From NCBI GenBank assembly GCA_020638905.1, contig JACKHP010000009.1:101956-165955 (forward strand): DNA of 64,000 nucleotides. The letters run 5' to 3'. Of this stretch, positions 61,701 to 64,000 are shown piece by piece (the stretch's first letter is position 1; each line of letters opens with the position of its first letter). This DNA is from Planctomycetota bacterium. Its GTDB lineage: Bacteria; Planctomycetota; B15-G4. A program made the position numbers and the translations under genes. A model generated the notes under the pieces. The model was not told the DNA's origin. It did no database searches and worked only from the letters and a program-made list of their open reading frames with translations.

Positions 61701-61861
61701 CCGGCGCCGCGGCGCGCCGCTCGCTCGGCACCGCGGTCTTCGGCGGGATGCTGGCCGCCGCGCTGTTCGGCACGCTCTTCGTCCCGGCGTTCTACGCGAT
61801 GATCGAGACGCTGCGCTCGCGCGGCGGACGCGCCGCACCGCGCGACGGAGGTGACGCGTGA
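58736..61861 (+). CDS. RND multidrug efflux transporter (HAE1, AcrB/MexB-like)
   Basis: 1041 aa starting [45 protein letters not shown]. It has the typical 12-TM architecture. Confidence 0.95.
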   Translation: [1041 protein letters not shown]

Positions 61862-63324
61862 TCCGCGCGCACGGGCTTCGGACGCAGGGTGGGTGTGCGC
61901 GCGCGCCGCGCCGCCTCGCGTCGCTCGCGGCGACGTCGCTCGTCCTGTTCGCGGGCTGCGTCGTGGGACCCGACTACACGGCGCCCGAGCTCGACGCCCC
62001 CGCCGCGTGGAGCGCGCCGATCGAGGACGGCGTGCGTCCCGAGGGCGACCCGGCGCGCCTGGCGGCGTGGTGGGAGTCGCTCGGCGATCCGCAGCTCACC
62101 GACCTCGTCGAGCGCGCGGCCGCGGGCAACCTCGATCTGTCCCAGGCGCTCTCGCGGTTGCGGCGGGCGCGCGCGCTGCGCGGACTGGCCGGCGCCGAGC
62201 GTTGGCCCGAGGTCGACCTCGACACGTCGGTGACGCGACGCGAGACGTCCGACAACGTGGGCGTCGACGGACGCACCTCGACGCTCTACGCCGCCGGCCT
62301 CGACGCGAGCTGGGAGCTCGACCTGTTCGGCGGGCTGCGGCGCTCGGTCGAGGCCGCCGAGGCGTCGCTGGCTGCCGCGCGCGAGGACGTCCGCGACGTG
62401 CTCGTCTCGGTCACGGCCGAGGTCGCGCTGACCTACGTCGACCTGCGCACCGCGCAGGAGCGCCTGCGCATCGCGCGGAGCAACCTCGAGGCCCAGCAGC
62501 AGACGCTCGAGCTGCTCGACTCGATCGTCGAGGCGGGACTGCGCGACGAGCGCGACCTCGAGCAGGCGCGCGCGAACGTCAAGTCGACCGAGGCCACGCT
62601 GCCCACGCTGCAGACCGCCGTGTCGCGCGCCGCGCACCGCCTCGCGGTGCTGTCGGGCGAGACGCCGGACACGCTGCTGTGCGAGCTCGAGACGCCCGCG
62701 CCGATCCCCGTGGGACCGGTCGAGATCGCCGTCGGCGTGCCGGCCGAGGCGTTGCGGCGGCGTCCCGACGTGCGCGCGGCCGAGCGGCGTCTGGCGGCCG
62801 AGACCGCGCGCATCGGCGTCGAGCAGGCCGGCGCGTACCCGGAGCTCTCGCTCTCCGGCAGCATCGGCTTCGAGTCGTTCTCGACCGGCAACCTGTTCGA
62901 CGTCGCGAGCCGCGTCTTCCACATCGGTCCGACGCTCGGCTGGGACGTCTTCGACGCCGGACGCGTGCGCGACCGCGTGGCCGCCCAGTCGGCCGTGCGC
63001 GACGAGGCCTTCTCGGCCTACGAAGCGGTCGTGCTCGCGGCGCTCGAGGAGGTCGAGAACGCGCTCGTCGGCTACGTCCAGGAACAGCTCCGGCGCGACG
63101 CGTTGAGCGAGGCCACCGAGGCCGCGCGCTCGTCGTTGGCCCTCGCCACCGACCAGTACGGCGCCGGCATCGTCGACTTCGTCGTGGTGCTCGACGCGCA
63201 GCGCACGCTGCTCTCGCTCGAGGACCAGCTCGCCACGAGCGAGGGCGCCATCACGTCCGAACTCGTGCGCCTCTACAAGGCGCTCGGCGGCGGCTGGGAG
63301 CGGCTGGACCCGGTCGCGCGCTGA
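61858..63324 (+). CDS. Outer membrane efflux lipoprotein (NodT/OMF family)
   Basis: GTG overlaps the RND stop (GTGA). Lipobox LVLFAGC is followed by VGPDYTAPE. The C-terminal LVRLYKALGGGW is present. Confidence 0.9.
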   Translation: MIRAHGLRTQGGCARAPRRLASLAATSLVLFAGCVVGPDYTAPELDAPAAWSAPIEDGVRPEGDPARLAAWWESLGDPQLTDLVERAAAGNLDLSQALSRLRRARALRGLAGAERWPEVDLDTSVTRRETSDNVGVDGRTSTLYAAGLDASWELDLFGGLRRSVEAAEASLAAAREDVRDVLVSVTAEVALTYVDLRTAQERLRIARSNLEAQQQTLELLDSIVEAGLRDERDLEQARANVKSTEATLPTLQTAVSRAAHRLAVLSGETPDTLLCELETPAPIPVGPVEIAVGVPAEALRRRPDVRAAERRLAAETARIGVEQAGAYPELSLSGSIGFESFSTGNLFDVASRVFHIGPTLGWDVFDAGRVRDRVAAQSAVRDEAFSAYEAVVLAALEEVENALVGYVQEQLRRDALSEATEAARSSLALATDQYGAGIVDFVVVLDAQRTLLSLEDQLATSEGAITSELVRLYKALGGGWERLDPVAR

Positions 63325-63490
63325 CGGCGCGGGGTCGGCGGGCCACGGTCGGCGGGGACGCGGGGCGTGGTCTGCGTATGAGATGTCCGGTCGCGCGGGC
63401 GTCCGGCGCATGGGGGGCCGAAGTGCCGAACGTCCCCACGCTCGAGGCCGCGTGAGGTACCTTGGGCTGGATCGTGAGCGGAGGTGTCCC

Positions 63491-64000
63491 ATGTCGGTCG
63501 CGCTGTGCCTGGCGATCTGGTTCTGCGGGATCGCCGACGAGGGCGTGGCCGGGAACCCGCTGGCGTGGCTCGCGGAGCGTCCGGCCGACGAGCTCGCGAC
63601 GGCGCGGGCCGACGAGCTGGCGTGGTTCGCCGAACGCGTCGCCGACCTGCGGCACGAGCTGCTGCACGCAGGGGTCCAGCCGCCCGCGGCGACGACGACC
63701 GACTGCGCGGAGATGTCGGCCCGACGCACGCTGTTCGAGGCACGGCTCGGCTGCGAGCCGACGCAGCTCCCCGGATGGACCGCGGTGGCCGACGCCGCAC
63801 GCGACCTGCTCGACACCCGCTGGACGGCGAAGGTCCCCGAGCCGTGGATCGTCGAGTACCGCGTCACGCTGCTCGACCTGCTCGACGAGACCGACGGACT
63901 CGAGGACATGCTGCGCGACGCGCACGCCACGCGGCGACGCTCGTTCTGTGGCAACGCCAACGAGGCCACCGAGGTCGCGTTCCTCGAGCGCCTCTCGATG
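63491..64000 (+). CDS. Hypothetical protein, 3'-truncated by the window edge
   Basis: I translated this by hand: ATG 63491 is followed by 170 codons with no stop to the window end and strong third-position GC (MSVALCLAIWFCGIADEG...). It is not in the supplied track because it is open-ended. I recognised no family. Confidence 0.4.
   Translation, partial: MSVALCLAIWFCGIADEGVAGNPLAWLAERPADELATARADELAWFAERVADLRHELLHAGVQPPAATTTDCAEMSARRTLFEARLGCEPTQLPGWTAVADAARDLLDTRWTAKVPEPWIVEYRVTLLDLLDETDGLEDMLRDAHATRRRSFCGNANEATEVAFLERLSM

Overview
High-GC (about 70%) bacterial chromosomal segment, densely coding on both strands. I call about 49 protein-coding genes. I recognised no rRNA, tRNA, CRISPR array, integrase or transposase. 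The gene content is a PSCyt1/DUF1549/DUF1553 plus DUF1501 pair, many carboxypeptidase-regulatory-like (CarboxypepD_reg) envelope proteins, multihaem cytochromes and a collagen-like protein. This points to a Planctomycetota- or Myxococcota-like organism, which is inference only.

Modules from left to right:
- Truncated multihaem cytochrome.
- YCII protein plus a COG4941-type ECF sigma factor.
- Small cupin and lipoprotein genes.
- An orphan protein plus a secreted collagen-like protein.
- oxyR-doxX-ahpC-ahpD peroxide module.
- Two paralogous single-polypeptide ECF sigma/TM/CarboxypepD_reg fusions flanking a cupredoxin-like membrane protein.
- Divergent DinB/HxlR pair, then an SRPBCC protein.
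- Secreted IPT/TIG-like protein.
- A lower-GC islet with two membrane proteins.
- DEAD-box helicase.
- Secreted and lipoprotein genes.
- A third, sigma-less CarboxypepD_reg giant.
- Methyltransferase and zinc-ribbon genes.
- A long minus-strand operon: PSCyt/DUF1553, DUF1501, PSCyt1-LRR-YHS, FAD oxidoreductase, transglutaminase-like protein, membrane protein.
- A Cys-rich zinc-finger lipoprotein.
- A secreted PAD/agmatine-deiminase-like protein.
- A 150-bp hexanucleotide microsatellite with 12 GATC sites in a divergent promoter region.
- M50 protease.
- Heptahaem cytochrome-TPR lipoprotein.
- SGNH hydrolase and a DUF2911 protein.
- TetR-MFP-RND-OMF efflux operon.

The most unusual items are:
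- The membrane-tethered sigma fusions.
- The GATC-rich microsatellite, which shares a hexamer vocabulary with a coding acidic linker 22 kb away.
- The 29-Cys CxxC-array lipoprotein.
- A roughly 120-aa C-terminal module that I could not assign and that two secreted proteins share.

Many very long Arg/Ala/Pro-rich ORFs in the track are antisense or off-frame artefacts of the GC content and were rejected. All functional calls rest on motif recognition by eye. No database search was run.
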